Assembly: GCA_001782805.1 (NCBI GenBank)
Contig: MFPT01000019.1
Span: 1,801 to 65,800, forward strand
From: Candidatus Magasanikbacteria bacterium RIFCSPHIGHO2_01_FULL_41_23
GTDB taxonomy: Bacteria > Patescibacteriota > Patescibacteriia > Magasanikbacterales > UBA922
Direction: 5' to 3'
DNA: 64,000 nucleotides
The translations under genes and the position numbers were made by a program. The notes below the pieces were generated by a model, which was not told the origin of the DNA, made no database searches, and worked only from the letters and a program-made list of their open reading frames with translations. Shown piece by piece: positions 36,970 through 47,033 of the stretch (within the stretch, counting starts at the first letter, position 1; every line of letters starts with the position of its first letter).

Positions 36970-39900
36970 ATGAATACATTAAACCAATCGCAAAAAGAGG
37001 CCATTGAATACATTTCCAACCCTCTCCTCATCGTCGCCGGCGCGGGCACGGGAAAAACAACGGTGATCACGGAAAAAATCGCACATCTTATTTCTTTCGG
37101 CTTGGCAAAACCCGAGGAAATTTTGGCGCTGACGTTTACGGATAAAGCCGCGAACGAATTACTGGAACGCGTGGATGCGCGTTTGGAATTGGGCTATGTG
37201 GATCTGCAAGTTTCCACATTTCATAAATTTTGCGAACGACTACTCCAAGAATACGCGCTGGACATTGGATTGCCACGCCAATTTAAATTAATTACGGAAA
37301 CTGATGCCTGGCTTTTATTGCGTGATAAAATATATGAACTTGGTTTGGGTTATTATCGTCCGCTTGGCAATCCGGTCAAATATATTTCTGATTTATTGCG
37401 TCATTTTTCCAAATGTAAAGATGAGTTAATTACTCCTGCGGATTATTTGGCGCACGCGGAAAGTGTGGCGCATGAAACAGGCAGTGAAACTGGAGATGAA
37501 AAATCGCGTTTGACTGAACTCGCGAACGCGTATCACGCGTATAATCAATTGATTTTACAAGCCAGTGGATTGGATTTTGGTGATTTGATTTTTTATAGCG
37601 TGCAATTATTGCGCACGCGTCCGGAAATTTTGCAGAAAGTTAATAAGCAATATAAATATATTTTGGTGGATGAATTTCAAGATGTGAATTGGGCGCAATA
37701 TCAATTGGTGAAAGAACTCGCACGCGGTGGCCAGCTAACAGTGGTTGGTGACGACGATCAATCAATTTACGCGTTTCGCGGCGCCAGTGTTTCCAATATC
37801 TTGCGTTTTAAAGATGATTATCCCACGGCCAAAAGCATTGTGTTGAATGCCAATTATCGCTCGCGTCTGGAAATTTTGGATGTCGCGTATAGGTTAATTC
37901 AAAATAATAATCCGGATCGGTTGGAAGTAAAATTAGGTTTGGATAAAAAATTAATCGCGTCCGCGGAGTTTGGTGTTTTGCAAAAAAATCAAACAGTTGT
38001 AACTTATTTGAAAGCGGAGACAATAGACGCGGAAGTGCGTGGCGTAATTCAAGAAATTATCAGCTTAAAACAAAATAATCCGGACACGGTTTGGGATGAT
38101 TTCGCGATTTTGGCGCGCGCGAATAATCATCTGGATCCGTTTATTCGCGGACTGGAAGTGGCGGGAATTTCGTATGAATTTTTATCCGCGGCCGGGCTAT
38201 ATCGTCAACCGATTGTGTTGGACGCGTTTAGTTTTTTTAAAATTGTGCATCAAACGCAAGAAAATTCCGCGTTATTTAGATTGTTGAATTTACCATGTTT
38301 GAATTTTGATCCGCATGACACGCAAAAATTACTGGCCGTGGCCAAGAAAAAAAGTTTGTCGTATTTTGAAGCTTTGGCTCTGGCGCCGCAATGGGGATTG
38401 ACTTCTGATGGAATAAAGATTTGCGCAAAATTGCATGGATTATTATCTGCGGCCGTTGGTAAAAGCAATACGGATAAACCATCAAATCTCCTTTACTCTT
38501 TTTTGGAAGAATCAGGTTATTTGCAATTTTTAGCACATAAAGAAAATGAGGGTGATCGGACGATTATTCGCCAAATTTATCAGCTTCAACAATTTTTGGA
38601 AACAGTGACGCGATTTGAAGAAACTGTTCCCGATCCGCACGTTGCTCATTTTGTGGAATATCTGAATACGATCTTGGAATCAGGCGATGAAGGAGGATTG
38701 TATCAACCGACTGATACGCCGGATTCGGTGAATGTTTTGAGCGCGCATGGCGCCAAAGGTTTGGAATTTAAATATGTGTTTGTGGTCAACATGGTGGAAG
38801 AACGATTTCCGACGCGTCGTCGTGGAACTGGTTTGGAAATTCCCGAAGAACTTATTCATGAACATGTGCCCGAAGGAGATTATCATCTGGAAGAAGAAAG
38901 ACGTTTGTTTTATGTAGCGACTACGCGCGCCAAAGAGCGTTTATATTTTTCCAGCGCGGAAAATTATGGTGGCGTGCGCGCTAAAAAAGTGTCGCGATTT
39001 TTGGTGGAAGCGGGCGTTGTGGAAGAAACTCCTAAAAAAGAAAAACCTGTCGTGAGTTTGTCTCGCAGTGAGCTTGTCGAATTGTCGAGCCAATCAGAAC
39101 CGAAAAAATCAGTTACTGATTTTGCCCCGCCAATTATGAGGCCGGCAAAAGAAAATCCCGTAGTTTACGAATTACCCAAAGCCTTTTCTTTTTCCCAAAT
39201 AAAATCATACCAAACCTGTCCGTACCAATATAAGTTGGCGCATATTTTAAAATTACCCACGAAGAGCTCGTTTAATTTTAGTTTTGGCCAAAGTATGCAT
39301 GCGACTTTGCAAGATTTTTATACCAAAGTGCAGACGATGAATCGCGCTAAACAAGAATCTTTATTTTCCCTGCCATTGGTCTCGGCCGCAATCATGTCGG
39401 CTGACAGCGTAAAAGTACCAACACTCGCGGAATTATATAAAATGTATGACGCGCATTGGATTCCGGATTGGTATGAAAATAAAAAACAACGCGCGGAATA
39501 TTATGCCAAAGGAAAAGATATTTTGAAAAAGTTTTACGCGGCCGAAGATGGACGCTGGACAATTCCCGTATCCTTGGAAGGCTGGTTTAAAATTAAAGTG
39601 GGAAATTATTTGGTGCATGGTCGCATTGATCGCGTGGATCAAGCTTCCGATGGAACGCTCCATATTATTGATTACAAAACCGGCCAAGCAAAAGAAACAC
39701 TGACGACCGAAGACAAAGAACAATTATTGATTTACCAAATCGCGGCCGAAACTTTACCTGAATATCGCCAGATTGGTAAAACTGGACAGCTGACTTTTTA
39801 TTATTTAAATGATATTTTGAAAACCTCTTTTCTCGGTGATCCGGAAGATTTGGAAAAAATAAAAGGAAAAATAACTGCGACAATTGACCAAATTTATGCG

Positions 39901-39981
39901 GGAAATTTTACGGCCACACCGAGTCAGTTTATTTGCAAACATTGTGATTTTCGGGATATTTGCGAATTTAGAGTTGGGTAA
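36970..39981 (+). CDS. UvrD/PcrA-type SF1 helicase fused to C-terminal PD-(D/E)xK nuclease with Cas4/AddB-like Cys cluster
   Basis: Walker A AGAGTGKTT, DEFQDVN, helicase motifs. C-terminal nuclease motif HGRIDRVDQ...IIDYKTG, and Cys residues at SYQTCPY ... CKHCDFRDIC. The ORF-track start at 36910 is probably extended. Confidence 0.8.
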   Translation: MNTLNQSQKEAIEYISNPLLIVAGAGTGKTTVITEKIAHLISFGLAKPEEILALTFTDKAANELLERVDARLELGYVDLQVSTFHKFCERLLQEYALDIGLPRQFKLITETDAWLLLRDKIYELGLGYYRPLGNPVKYISDLLRHFSKCKDELITPADYLAHAESVAHETGSETGDEKSRLTELANAYHAYNQLILQASGLDFGDLIFYSVQLLRTRPEILQKVNKQYKYILVDEFQDVNWAQYQLVKELARGGQLTVVGDDDQSIYAFRGASVSNILRFKDDYPTAKSIVLNANYRSRLEILDVAYRLIQNNNPDRLEVKLGLDKKLIASAEFGVLQKNQTVVTYLKAETIDAEVRGVIQEIISLKQNNPDTVWDDFAILARANNHLDPFIRGLEVAGISYEFLSAAGLYRQPIVLDAFSFFKIVHQTQENSALFRLLNLPCLNFDPHDTQKLLAVAKKKSLSYFEALALAPQWGLTSDGIKICAKLHGLLSAAVGKSNTDKPSNLLYSFLEESGYLQFLAHKENEGDRTIIRQIYQLQQFLETVTRFEETVPDPHVAHFVEYLNTILESGDEGGLYQPTDTPDSVNVLSAHGAKGLEFKYVFVVNMVEERFPTRRRGTGLEIPEELIHEHVPEGDYHLEEERRLFYVATTRAKERLYFSSAENYGGVRAKKVSRFLVEAGVVEETPKKEKPVVSLSRSELVELSSQSEPKKSVTDFAPPIMRPAKENPVVYELPKAFSFSQIKSYQTCPYQYKLAHILKLPTKSSFNFSFGQSMHATLQDFYTKVQTMNRAKQESLFSLPLVSAAIMSADSVKVPTLAELYKMYDAHWIPDWYENKKQRAEYYAKGKDILKKFYAAEDGRWTIPVSLEGWFKIKVGNYLVHGRIDRVDQASDGTLHIIDYKTGQAKETLTTEDKEQLLIYQIAAETLPEYRQIGKTGQLTFYYLNDILKTSFLGDPEDLEKIKGKITATIDQIYAGNFTATPSQFICKHCDFRDICEFRVG

Positions 39982-40130
39982 AATTTTAAATATATAAAAA
40001 TATCTCGCACCAAAACTCGTCCGTCCTTCAGTCTGGTTTGCGAATATAGCACTTATTATCCTTAGCTGGCTCATACTGAAGGCGGACTCAAACATTGGTG
40101 CTCTATATTTTTATATATTTAAAATTTTAC
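39981..40130. repeat. ~150-bp palindromic intergenic element (24-bp perfect AT-only arms AAAATTTTAAATATATAAAAATAT plus nested inner palindrome GTCCGTCCTTCAGT/ACTGAAGGCGGAC)
   Basis: Read directly. The arms flank the helicase stop codon and reach to ~18 nt before the next gene. Confidence 0.85.
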
Positions 40131-40147
40131 AAAATTAAATAAAAAAT

Positions 40148-40669
40148 ATGATTTTATTTATTTACACCATCCTTTTCCTCCTGTACGTTCCCGTCCTCAT
40201 TTTCATGCTCTACACGCTCTACGCCATCGTAAAAGGCGCGCCATATGTGCCCCTGGCGCGAGAAAATGTGATGATTATGATTCAAACTGCTAAACTTAAA
40301 TCAACTGATATTTTTTTTGATTTGGGTTCGGGTGATGGTCGGCTGTTACGCGCGGCCGCGCCATTGGTAAAACAATGTGTGGGAATTGAAATTAATCCTT
40401 TATTGTATTATTGGAGTAGATTTTTGTGTCGGAATTATAAAAATATTACCATTAAACGTCAGGATTTATGGACAACTGATCTCCGTGAGATTAATGTCAT
40501 CAGTTTATTTTTCATTGCTCATAAAATGGATAAACTGGCGATTAAATTAAGTCGTGAGCTTAAAACCGGCGCACGTGTTGTTTCGTATGGTTTTAAATTT
40601 TCCTCATGGAAACCAACGGAAAAAAATGGAAAAGTATATTTATATATTTTTCCCGATTGCGTACTCTAG
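40148..40669 (+). CDS. Small membrane-anchored class I SAM-dependent methyltransferase
   Basis: N-terminal TM helix. Motif I FFDLGSGDGRLL and a post-I GIEINP. Confidence 0.6.
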   Translation: MILFIYTILFLLYVPVLIFMLYTLYAIVKGAPYVPLARENVMIMIQTAKLKSTDIFFDLGSGDGRLLRAAAPLVKQCVGIEINPLLYYWSRFLCRNYKNITIKRQDLWTTDLREINVISLFFIAHKMDKLAIKLSRELKTGARVVSYGFKFSSWKPTEKNGKVYLYIFPDCVL

Positions 40670-40675
40670 ACAAGT

Positions 40676-41005
40676 ATGGTACTCTGCATATATCAATCTC
40701 TGTACTTTATGACATTTACGCCACTTGGTGACACACTTAAAAATAAAATTGACAAAAATAGTATTCTTGGCCGTCAATTGGAATCAGCCGGATCAATTGA
40801 AGCCGCAGAAACAGTTTTGCGCGAAATGTTTGGAGATTTGGCTAATCAAGCCAAACCGCTATTTTTAAAAAATCGCACGCTAACCGTCAGTTGTGCCAGT
40901 TCAGCGATTGCTCAGGAAATCAGAGTAAATCAAGTAAAAATCGTGGAAAATATCAACGCGAAACTAGGAAAAAACGAAGTTGACCGTATTCGGTATTTGG
41001 CGTAG
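40676..41005 (+). CDS. DUF721/DciA-family protein
   Basis: LKNRTLTVSCASSAIAQEIRVNQVKIVENINAKLGKNEVDRIRY matches the DUF721 core. The start may be the ATG at 40709. Confidence 0.55.
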   Translation: MVLCIYQSLYFMTFTPLGDTLKNKIDKNSILGRQLESAGSIEAAETVLREMFGDLANQAKPLFLKNRTLTVSCASSAIAQEIRVNQVKIVENINAKLGKNEVDRIRYLA

Positions 41006-41027
41006 AATAGTTGGATAATACCGCGTT

Positions 41028-41447
41028 ATGACCATCCGTCACTACTTAATAACTATGGCCTTGGCCACACTTTTGTGTTGGCTGTCTTGGATTTTGGTAC
41101 TTATAAATATCGATCCTTTTGTGGCGAATCTTTTTGGGTTAGGATTTTTTTATGTCAGTTTTTTCTTTTCATTAATCGGCACTACGGCTCTTGGTTTATT
41201 TTTTATGTATCAGCATCGTTGGCAGAACAAGGCGCCATTGTTTGCCTATGTGGCGAAAAGTTTTCGGGAAGCCATATTTGTATCCGGATTTCTTACTCTC
41301 GCGATTTTTTTGCAGGGAGAACAATGGTTGAATTGGTGGACAGGATCACTCTTGGCCGCAGGATTTATTTTGTTTTTGTCATTAATAATGTCCTTGGCTC
41401 CGCGACACGAAGCCCGCTCTGATTACTCACCAAATAATTTTGTTTAG
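41028..41447 (+). CDS. Hypothetical membrane protein (4 predicted TM helices)
   Basis: Hydrophobic segments only. Confidence 0.4.
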   Translation: MTIRHYLITMALATLLCWLSWILVLINIDPFVANLFGLGFFYVSFFFSLIGTTALGLFFMYQHRWQNKAPLFAYVAKSFREAIFVSGFLTLAIFLQGEQWLNWWTGSLLAAGFILFLSLIMSLAPRHEARSDYSPNNFV

Positions 41448-42693
41448 TATGCGTCAATCCCAATTATTTACCAAAACGCAAAAGCAAGTTTCCGAAGAAG
41501 AAGTCAGTGTGAACGCCCAATTATTAATGCGTGCCGGTTTTGTGGATCGTTTATTCGCCGGAGTTTATACCATGTTGCCGCTTGGTTTGCGCGTGCTCGC
41601 TAAAATTGAAAATATTATTCGCGCAGAAATGAATCGTGTTGGCGGACAAGAAGTCTTGATGCCTGCTTTGCATCCCAAAGAAAATTGGTTGGCAACTGGT
41701 CGTTGGGATGCGCTTGATGTATTATTTAAATTAAATGGCAGTGGGGATAAAGAATATGCACTCGGCGCGTCGCACGAAGAAGTCGTGACTCCGCTGGTAA
41801 AAAAATTTGCGTTTTCGTATAAGGATTTGCCGCAAGCTGTCTACCAAATTCAAACTAAATTTCGCAATGAAGCGCGGGCGAAATCCGGAATTTTGCGCGG
41901 ACGTGAATTTCGCATGAAAGACATGTATTCATTTCACCACAATCAGGCTGATTTGGACGAATATTATAGCCAAATGATTGAAGCTTATTGGCGCGTTTAC
42001 ACCCGATGCGGAATTCGCGAACAAACTTATTTGACGTTTGCCTCGGGCGGGACTTTTTCCCAATATTCGCATGAATATCAAACCGTCACGAATGCTGGGG
42101 AAGATTTGATTTATGTTTGCGACCAATGCCAGATTGCCATCAATCAAGAAATTATTGCGGATACCAATAATGCTTGCGGTCAATGTAAAAATACTGATTT
42201 GCGCCAAGTGAAAGCGATTGAAGTCGGTAATATTTTTAAATTGGGTACCAAGTATAGCGCGCCATTTAATTTTACTTATACTGATGAAAATAATACGTCA
42301 CAGCCGGTGATAATGGGTTGTTATGGCATTGGTCCATCACGCGTTATGGGAACAATTGTGGAAGTTCATCACGATGACAAAGGTATAATTTGGCCGGCGG
42401 AAGTGGCTCCATTTACCATTCACTTAATTTCATTGTGCCAAACAAGTAATGATGTGACCATGGCCAATGAATTATATAAAAAATTAACTGATGCGGGTAT
42501 CGAAGTTTTATATGATGATCGGCCGGACGCGCGCGCTGGTGAAAAATTCGCTGACAGCGATTTGTTGGGAATTCCTTTGCGCGTTATTGTCAGTGCGAAA
42601 ACTATCGCTGCGCACACAGTAGAAGTAAAGCCGCGATCCAGCGCTGAATCAAGTTTGACTCCATTGACTGAATTTTTAGCTCGCTATGTTTAA
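41440..42693 (+). CDS. proS: Prolyl-tRNA synthetase (INS-less form)
   Basis: N-terminal RQSQLF...AQLLMRAGF...LPLGLRVL...EVLMPALHP. Motif 2 EFRMKDMYSF, IEVGNIFKLGTKYS, motif 3 GCYGIGPSRVMGTIVEVHHDDKGIIWP. Confidence 0.85.
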   Translation: MFSMRQSQLFTKTQKQVSEEEVSVNAQLLMRAGFVDRLFAGVYTMLPLGLRVLAKIENIIRAEMNRVGGQEVLMPALHPKENWLATGRWDALDVLFKLNGSGDKEYALGASHEEVVTPLVKKFAFSYKDLPQAVYQIQTKFRNEARAKSGILRGREFRMKDMYSFHHNQADLDEYYSQMIEAYWRVYTRCGIREQTYLTFASGGTFSQYSHEYQTVTNAGEDLIYVCDQCQIAINQEIIADTNNACGQCKNTDLRQVKAIEVGNIFKLGTKYSAPFNFTYTDENNTSQPVIMGCYGIGPSRVMGTIVEVHHDDKGIIWPAEVAPFTIHLISLCQTSNDVTMANELYKKLTDAGIEVLYDDRPDARAGEKFADSDLLGIPLRVIVSAKTIAAHTVEVKPRSSAESSLTPLTEFLARYV

Positions 42694-43735
42694 ATTTTGG
42701 CAAAGAAATGGCAAGGATCTTGGTGTTGATTTAGGTACGGCCAACACGCGCATTTATACGACTGAAAAAGGAATTACCATCGATGAACCAACTGTTGTGG
42801 CGGTGAACACCAAAACCGAACAGATTTTGGCAGTAGGTGATGAAGCCAAGCAAATGTTGGGCAAGACTCCACCTCATATTTTGGTTACTCGGCCATTGCA
42901 ACACGGCATTATTTCCGATTATGAAGTCGCAGAAAAATTATTGCGTTATTTTATTGATAAAGTTCATGATGGCGGATTGTCCATGCTGTCCCGTCCGCGC
43001 GTAATTGTTGGCGTGCCGCTTAACGTGACCGAAGTGGAAGCCAAAGCAGTTGAAGATGCGATTATAGGGGCCGGAGCGCGCGAGGTTTTTATTGTCCAAG
43101 AACCAATTCTCGCCGCTATTGGCGGTCGAATGCCGATTGAAGATCCGGTCGGTAATTTATTGGTGGATATTGGCGCCGGTAAAACCGAAATCGCGGTCAT
43201 TTCTCTGCATGGAATCGTGACCTGGAAATCAACTCCTATTGCCGGCGAAGAAATGAACAAAAATATTGTCCAATATGCGCGCGAAGTTTTTAATTTATTT
43301 GTGGGTGAAGCGCACGCTGAATACATTAAAATGAAAGTAGGCGCTTTGGTTGCAGGCGGGGAAATTTTGCAAATTCCCATGCGTGGTCGCGATGTTATGT
43401 CCGGTCTTCCTAAAGAAGTAATTATCACTGACGCGCATATTCGCGAAGCGCTTGATCGTTCAGTGCGTACGATTATTGATCATATTAAAATGACTCTGGA
43501 AGTTACGCCTCCGGAATTAACAGCTGATATTCATGAGCGCGGAATGCTTTTGACCGGTGGTGGCGCGCTTATTTCCGGTCTTGATCGATTGATCGCGCAG
43601 GCCACCGATATTCCCGTACGCATTGCGGATGATCCGCTTTCGGCTGTAGTGCGAGGGACGGCTGTTCTTCTGGAAAATTCAGTTCTCCTTCATTTGGTTC
43701 GTTTGCCTTCGGCTCGCCAATCCATTCGTTCCTAA
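42686..43735 (+). CDS. mreB: Rod shape-determining protein MreB
   Basis: DLGTANTRIY and the actin-like ATPase motifs. Confidence 0.9.
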   Translation: MFKFWQRNGKDLGVDLGTANTRIYTTEKGITIDEPTVVAVNTKTEQILAVGDEAKQMLGKTPPHILVTRPLQHGIISDYEVAEKLLRYFIDKVHDGGLSMLSRPRVIVGVPLNVTEVEAKAVEDAIIGAGAREVFIVQEPILAAIGGRMPIEDPVGNLLVDIGAGKTEIAVISLHGIVTWKSTPIAGEEMNKNIVQYAREVFNLFVGEAHAEYIKMKVGALVAGGEILQIPMRGRDVMSGLPKEVIITDAHIREALDRSVRTIIDHIKMTLEVTPPELTADIHERGMLLTGGGALISGLDRLIAQATDIPVRIADDPLSAVVRGTAVLLENSVLLHLVRLPSARQSIRS

Positions 43736-43744
43736 TTTTTTAAT

Positions 43745-44497
43745 ATGCGACGTCGCTTAGTTACGGCGTTAATGATTATCGCAGTGTTGCTGCTGTTGAT
43801 TTTTTTGCGTAAGTATGGTTATCTTAATTTTTTTGAAAGCACTGTTCGTCTGGTAACTGATACGGTTTTAAAAAAAATGTATCAAGCCTCAATCACGGCG
43901 GAAATGGTTGAAAAAAATAACTCGGTTGAATTAACGGCCTGCATTGCCGAGGATACTAAAATTCGTTTGCTGGAAGAAGAAAATACCAATTTGCGTGATC
44001 AATTAAAATTTTCTGAAAAAAATAATGTCAGTCTTGGCGCGGATGTGATTGGTCGTGATTTGGATCCGCTTGGTACAACGCTGATTATCAATCGCGGTGT
44101 CAGCGATCGTGTGGCAATCAATCAGCCGGTAATTTTGGGAAATGGTTTTTTGATTGGAAAAATAGTTCGTGTTGAAGCGCATACGGCCGTAGTTCGTCTT
44201 TTGAGTGATTATCAAAGTAAAGTTGCGGCCACAGTAATGAATCGGGAAAAAAGTTTGGGTTTGGTGATTGGTGGTTATGGTCTAACCATTAAATTGGATT
44301 TGATTCCGCAAAATGAAGTTATTCAACCGGGCGATGTCATCATCACTTCCGGTTTGGAGGCGGGGATTCCGCGTGGTTTGGTGATTGGCATGGTTGAAGT
44401 CGTGGAAAAAAAACCGCAAGAACCATTTCAGCAAGCGGTTCTTAAAACCAGCGCTGATCTGCACAATATAAGTGTAGTTTCAATAATTTTTAATTAA
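43745..44497 (+). CDS. mreC: Rod shape-determining protein MreC
   Basis: N-terminal TM, coiled coil, beta-rich C-terminus. Position after mreB. Confidence 0.7.
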   Translation: MRRRLVTALMIIAVLLLLIFLRKYGYLNFFESTVRLVTDTVLKKMYQASITAEMVEKNNSVELTACIAEDTKIRLLEEENTNLRDQLKFSEKNNVSLGADVIGRDLDPLGTTLIINRGVSDRVAINQPVILGNGFLIGKIVRVEAHTAVVRLLSDYQSKVAATVMNREKSLGLVIGGYGLTIKLDLIPQNEVIQPGDVIITSGLEAGIPRGLVIGMVEVVEKKPQEPFQQAVLKTSADLHNISVVSIIFN

Positions 44498-44500
44498 GTT

Positions 44501-45043
44501 ATGAAGCATAGTTTTATTTTTTTGCCGTTATGGCTTTTGGCTGTGCCACTTCTGTTCTTTTTGCATGTGGCCGTGATTATTTTTTTGCCGTATCCATTTT
44601 CAGAAATTAATGTGCTGGCCACTGCCGTTGTAATGGCCGTAATAATTACGGAAAGCGGAGCGGTAGTGTGGTGGACATTTTGTCTTTTTTATCTTTTTGA
44701 TTGGTATACAGTGGGACCGTTTGGTTTGGTATTGTCAGCCGCGGTTTTAGCGGCACTTGTTTTATTTTGGTTGTATCGCGGTATATTATCTAATCGCGAA
44801 TTTTGGTCAGCGGCTATTTTGGTCGCGGTATTTTTGATTTTTTTCAGAATTTTCAGCGCCGGATTTTTCTGGTTGCGCGCTGTTGATCAGTCCGGTCTTA
44901 TCGCGTCGTTATTTCGCAGCGTGACTGTCGAAATTTTTGTCACGGCTTCTTTTGTGTCAGTTTGGTATTTACTGCTGGCGCGCTTTTTGCCCAGTTTAAA
45001 AGTAACTCATGCCAAACGTATGAATCTCTATGCCAAAAACTGA
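44501..45043 (+). CDS. mreD: Rod shape-determining protein MreD-like membrane protein
   Basis: Polytopic membrane protein between mreC and the PBP2 gene. Confidence 0.5.
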   Translation: MKHSFIFLPLWLLAVPLLFFLHVAVIIFLPYPFSEINVLATAVVMAVIITESGAVVWWTFCLFYLFDWYTVGPFGLVLSAAVLAALVLFWLYRGILSNREFWSAAILVAVFLIFFRIFSAGFFWLRAVDQSGLIASLFRSVTVEIFVTASFVSVWYLLLARFLPSLKVTHAKRMNLYAKN

Positions 45044-46943
45044 TTGGGTTGAAGATTCTTATCAGCCGAATCTTCTTGAACAAACTAAAGATTTTATTAC
45101 TCGAGGCACTTCTCATGTCGGCAGTAGTTTAGGGAAAAATCGTTTAAATTGGCTTTTGGCGTTGACTCTAACGCTATTATTTTTGTTAGGTTTGCGATTA
45201 GTTTGGCTGCAAATATGGCGTGGCGATGAGTATCGTTTGTTGGCTATCAATAATAGCGAGCGCATTATTCCAATTCCGGCTGAACGTGGTCTTTTGTTCG
45301 ATCGCCATGGTAAGCAATTGGTGGATAATGTGCCGAGTTTTTCCTTATATTTATTACCTCAGGATTTGCCTCGAGATTCGACAGCTCGTCAATATATTAT
45401 TGACCAAGCGGCCAGCCTAAGCAATAAAAGCCAGACGGAAATTAAAGAATTAATTGATCAATATAAAAGTTACAGTCAGGATTCAATTGTGATTAAAGAG
45501 GACATTGATTATGAAACTGCTTTACAATTGCAAGTTGCGAGCACGGATATTCCCAGTATTTTTATTGCGCAAGGCAGTAAGCGTTGGTATGGGATGCATT
45601 CTGCCACTTCCAGCACAGCTTTGCCCAGTTCTTTATCGCATATACTTGGTTATACGGGCAAACTGGACGCTGCTGAGTTGAAAAAATTGTATAGTCAAGG
45701 ATATATACCAACTGATTCAATTGGCAAAACCGGAATTGAAAAAGAATATGAATCAAATGTGCGCGGAGTTAATGGCCGTCGACGCTTGCAAGTCAACGCG
45801 CGCGGCAAAGAACAGGCGGTTTTGGGTGAAATCGCTGCCGTATCCGGCGCTCAGCTGGAGTTAACGATTGATCTTCTTTATCAGGAAAAATTACAGAATA
45901 TAATGCAATCTTCTTTGGAAAAGGCAGGAAAAAGTCGAGCGGCAGGCATTGTTACCAATCTCAAGGGAGAAATTTTGGCATTGGTAAGTCTGCCCACTTT
46001 TGATGATAATGATTTTTCCGGCGGTATTTCCACCACTACGTACAAAAAATATCTTGAAGATGAAAATCATCCGTTATTTAATCGGGCAATTTCTGGTCTC
46101 TATCCTTCCGGTTCAACAATTAAACCGGTCGTAGCCGCCGCCGCGTTGGAAGAACATATAATCGATCGCTCCACCACTTTTTTGAGTACAGGCGGAGTAC
46201 AAGTGGGGCAGTGGTTTTTTCCTGATTGGAAAGCGGGCGGTCATGGAATAACGAATGTCACCAAGTCACTCGCGTGGTCAGTTAATACATTTTATTATTA
46301 TATTGGCGGCGGTTTTCAGACGTTTAATGGTTTAGGCGCAGACCGTTTGGCTGGATATTTACGTCGGTTTGGTTTGGGAAGTATTTTGGGAATTGATTTG
46401 CCCGGCGAGTCAGCCGGTTTTGTTCCAACTAAAGCTTGGAAAGAAGAGCGCAAAAATGAGCCATGGTATATTGGAGATACCTACAATTTGTCAATTGGCC
46501 AAGGTGATTTGTTAGTAACACCGTTGCAAATTGCGGCGCAAACTTTGGCCATTGCCAATGGCGGAACATTGTATGTTCCTAGCGTTGGTAAAACATTAAT
46601 TAATCCTATTACCGGAGAACGGCATGATTTTAAGCCCAAAGTTCTTCGTACTTCTTTGGCCAGTTCGGAAACAATAAATATTATTCGCAGTGGTATGCGT
46701 GACTGTGTGGTTTATGGTTCATGCAGTCAGCTTGGTTCATTGCTATTTTCCAGTGCCGGTAAAACCGGTACAGCCCAATGGAACCAAGCCAAGGAAAATC
46801 ACGCGTGGTTTACTTCGTTTGCTCCATTTGATAAGCCGGAAATTACTGTAACTATTTTAGTGGAAGAAGGCGGAGAAGGAAGTCGTATTTCCTTACCGAT
46901 TGCCAAGGAGTTTTATGCTTGGTGGTGGAAAGAATCCCGATAA
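45030..46943 (+). CDS. mrdA: Penicillin-binding protein 2 (peptidoglycan D,D-transpeptidase)
   Basis: SGSTIKP (SxxK), SxN, and KTGTA motifs. Confidence 0.85.
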   Translation: MPKTDWVEDSYQPNLLEQTKDFITRGTSHVGSSLGKNRLNWLLALTLTLLFLLGLRLVWLQIWRGDEYRLLAINNSERIIPIPAERGLLFDRHGKQLVDNVPSFSLYLLPQDLPRDSTARQYIIDQAASLSNKSQTEIKELIDQYKSYSQDSIVIKEDIDYETALQLQVASTDIPSIFIAQGSKRWYGMHSATSSTALPSSLSHILGYTGKLDAAELKKLYSQGYIPTDSIGKTGIEKEYESNVRGVNGRRRLQVNARGKEQAVLGEIAAVSGAQLELTIDLLYQEKLQNIMQSSLEKAGKSRAAGIVTNLKGEILALVSLPTFDDNDFSGGISTTTYKKYLEDENHPLFNRAISGLYPSGSTIKPVVAAAALEEHIIDRSTTFLSTGGVQVGQWFFPDWKAGGHGITNVTKSLAWSVNTFYYYIGGGFQTFNGLGADRLAGYLRRFGLGSILGIDLPGESAGFVPTKAWKEERKNEPWYIGDTYNLSIGQGDLLVTPLQIAAQTLAIANGGTLYVPSVGKTLINPITGERHDFKPKVLRTSLASSETINIIRSGMRDCVVYGSCSQLGSLLFSSAGKTGTAQWNQAKENHAWFTSFAPFDKPEITVTILVEEGGEGSRISLPIAKEFYAWWWKESR

Positions 46944-46954
46944 TACTAGGATTC

Positions 46955-46983
46955 TTGACCCGGAGGACAAATTTCGCTATGAT
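46955..46983 (+). promoter_or_regulatory. Sigma70-like promoter (TTGACC-17-TATGAT) upstream of greA
   Basis: Spacing and hexamers read directly. Followed by the hairpin ATATCCG-10 nt-CGGATAT. Confidence 0.4.
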
Positions 46984-47033
46984 TACTATATCCGCTATAT
47001 TAGACGGATATATTTTAAGTTTAAATAATCGCA

